The position numbers and the translations under genes are program-made. Source: a virus (taxonomy: Duplodnaviria > Caudoviricetes). From it: a DNA stretch of 46,939 nt. Of the stretch, positions 45,265 through 46,939 are shown one piece after another. The notes beneath the pieces are model-generated. The model did not search any database and was not told where the DNA came from. It saw only the letters and a program-made list of their open reading frames with translations. The stretch covers positions 1-46,939 of IMG/VR virus record IMGVR_UViG_3300033406_000010. The stretch is one strand, 5' to 3'. Position 1 is the stretch's first letter; each line of letters opens with the position of its first letter.

Positions 45265-45813
45265 TCATAATGCAAAGATGGCCGCGATCATCCGGCAGCA
45301 TTTCCCGATGCGGTGCCGATTCCAGGGGCTGGGGCTGATGGCCTTCGCGTGAACAAGGCCAGACCAGGCCGCAGCCAACTCAGAGGAGTAGGCACCGGCC
45401 ACCGGTTCCAGTGCCTCCACCAGGGCGAAATGAGCGGGGCCTGTGAAGACCATGCCGAATTGATGCGCGAGTTGGAACATGGCCTTTTGTTCCTCCGCTC
45501 GCCACCGGCCCCGCATGCACTCCAGGATGCGGGTTGTGCGGGCCTGCTTGGAGAGGTCCATGGGGATGTTGGTTAGTTCTGCCACCACGCGCCGCATCTC
45601 ATGCTCGAGTACGGCCCGGAAAATATCCTCCTGTGTCCGCAGACGCCGACTGAACCAGGATCGGCTGATGCCGGTGGTTTCTGCCAGAGACGCCGGTGTG
45701 ATGGCATCCCAACCCCGGTAGGCCGCCAAGCTCACCGCCATGTCGATCACAGCCGCCAATGTGCGTCGATGCCGTGCCGTGTGTCCAGATTTCGGGGTCC
45801 AACCACTCTCCAC
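45265..45813 (-). CDS. TetR-like HTH protein
   Basis: AVIDMAVSL...GWDAITPASLAETTGISRSWF. Confidence 0.6.
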   Translation of the reverse strand: MESGWTPKSGHTARHRRTLAAVIDMAVSLAAYRGWDAITPASLAETTGISRSWFSRRLRTQEDIFRAVLEHEMRRVVAELTNIPMDLSKQARTTRILECMRGRWRAEEQKAMFQLAHQFGMVFTGPAHFALVEALEPVAGAYSSELAAAWSGLVHAKAISPSPWNRHRIGKCCRMIAAIFAL

Positions 45814-46037
45814 CCGTTCAGTTTACGGATTGTTCCACACTTAATTGCTTGTTTAATTGGGCATACTGATGCCTTATGGTGTGGAAAAAGATTTATTTTG
45901 CCAAACGCTGTTTTTAGTTGATTTACCGTTGTTGGTCGTGGAACATGTGGGGGTTTTGTATGTCGAATCAATTATTGACCTCCGGTTGAGATGCCATCCT
46001 CCAGGCTAATCACGACCGGAACACCTGGAGATACGCT

Positions 46038-46343
46038 ATGAGCAAAGCAGGAGCCGAAATATTGGAAATCCAGCGTCAAACGGAACGCCTGAATTTCTTG
46101 GTGTGCGCTATGGGTGATTTTTATGAAGTGAAGCAGCCAGAGCTTGCTCAGCTCTTCCGCAACATGGAAAAGGAGTTGGTGTCAGTGATCGACATTTGTC
46201 ACTCCATGCAAGCCCGCCAACAGGCCTCCAACCTCTCAGGCCTGATGGGGGACATTCAGTCCCTCTTGCATGTTGCCCCTCAGGCCCGAGGGCCCATGCT
46301 GCGCATCGCTCAGCGCCTTGAATTCGTTGGCGTTTTGGGGTGA
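46038..46343 (+). CDS. Hypothetical protein
   Basis: GGAG RBS; helical ORF divergent from the TetR-like gene. Confidence 0.6.
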   Translation: MSKAGAEILEIQRQTERLNFLVCAMGDFYEVKQPELAQLFRNMEKELVSVIDICHSMQARQQASNLSGLMGDIQSLLHVAPQARGPMLRIAQRLEFVGVLG

Positions 46344-46367
46344 CTGTTGGAGAACTGTGGGAGAACC
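46343..46367 (+). repeat. Candidate tandem integrase arm-type sites
   Basis: ACTGTTGGAGA-ACTGTGGGAGA tandem; matches 189-204. Confidence 0.6.
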
Positions 46368-46446
46368 CGAGGTCTGAATGATGGCGTTTTCCCAATACTT
46401 ACATCGGTTGAAAGAATGGAAAATTGCCCCAGCAGGGCACAAGGCG

Positions 46447-46479
46447 AACCCCCAACAAGTGTTGACTTTGTTGGGGGTT
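46447..46479 (-). terminator. Phage-supplied hairpin downstream of the restored tRNA
   Basis: AACCCCCAACAA / TTGTTGGGGGTT arms. Confidence 0.65.
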
Positions 46480-46482
46480 GCT

Positions 46483-46536
46483 TCTGGTGGTCCCGGGCAG
46501 AATTGAACTGCCGACCTACCGCTTAGGAGGCGGTCG
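46483..46536. repeat. att core, right copy
   Basis: Identical to 78-131. Confidence 0.97.
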
Positions 46537-46560
46537 CTCTATCCCCTGAGCTACGGGACC
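46485..46560 (-). tRNA. tRNA-Arg (CCT), intact, CCA encoded
   Basis: GGTCCCG...CGGGACC-A-CCA; anticodon stem ACCGC/GCGGT with loop CT-CCT-AA; GTTCAATTC T-arm. Confidence 0.96.
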
Positions 46561-46654
46561 GGAGGGGCTATTTTGCCAGCAGGGCGCAGCTTTGGCTAGC
46601 CGAGGCTCGCCATCACAGCCTTGTCTGGTACCGCTTGCTCATCCTGAAGGGTGA

Positions 46655-46939
46655 CTACCCCTGGGCCGCCAGCTCCTGGCTGAGGAGCTTGATGTGCCCC
46701 ATCTCCTCCTGGATGATCTCGTCCACGCGCTGGCGGCCCAGGGCCTCCGGCACGATGCCCTTCAGGCCCAGGTAGAAGGCGATGGAGTCCTTCTCGGATT
46801 GGATGGCCTTCTTGAGGATGGATTTCATGGAGCTGAAGTCCACCACCTCCTCCTCCAGGAAGACCTGGGCGTCGGCCATGGCGCGGAGGTACAGGACCGC
46901 CTCGTCGTTCGGGTCGAACACGGTGGGCGCCTTCTCGCT
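46655..46939 (-). CDS. Host ferritin/rubrerythrin-family protein (5' part outside the window)
   Basis: AIQSEKDSIAFY...IIQEEMGH diiron motifs. Confidence 0.8.
   Translation of the reverse strand, partial: SEKAPTVFDPNDEAVLYLRAMADAQVFLEEEVVDFSSMKSILKKAIQSEKDSIAFYLGLKGIVPEALGRQRVDEIIQEEMGHIKLLSQELAAQG

Larger units (their letters stand above)
78..46536. mobile_element. Complete temperate prophage (siphovirus-like, cos packaging) integrated in tRNA-Arg
   Basis: Flanking 54-bp direct repeat of the tRNA 3' part, adjacent integrase, and repressor, replication, lysis, head and tail modules. Confidence 0.97.

Noticed and set aside
46485-46560. Amber-suppressor (CTA) reading of the tRNA
   Set aside because: With the ACCGC/GCGGT stem the 7-nt loop is CT-CCT-AA, so the anticodon is CCT (Arg)

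Overview
Nearly the whole window (78-46536) is one apparently complete ~46.4 kb temperate siphovirus-type prophage. It sits in the 3' end of a minus-strand tRNA-Arg(CCT), with a 54-bp att repeat at 78-131 and 46483-46536. Layout: integrase-lipoprotein-repressor (leftward); rightward early/replication operon (CII-like, HD hydrolase, initiator with iterons, DnaC-like ATPase, Mor/C-like activator, many small genes); accessory block at 12.7-18.8 kb; lambda-like cos at ~18.9 kb; lysis cassette; lambda-type terminase, portal and protease with a Mu gpT-type capsid; non-contractile tail; then a partial host ferritin-like gene. Main observations: (1) an aadA-type integron attC site, plus a degenerate second one, bracketing a phage early gene, with attC polarity opposite to the genes and no IntI in the window; (2) an Aca2-like leftward operon (polyvalent LPD30/LPD29 protein, operator over the -10, three related 5'-UTR hairpins) right beside cos, on the predicted first-injected end; (3) a 23-bp palindrome followed after exactly 20 bp by a -10-like hexamer, defining three candidate activator-dependent promoters, one of which drives a second intact tyrosine recombinase; (4) a lysis cassette with a signal-peptide-bearing beta-helix protein and a TM plus beta-signal spanin candidate; (5) a leaderless gene behind a LexA-like box. 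All family calls come from motif recognition by eye; no searches were run.
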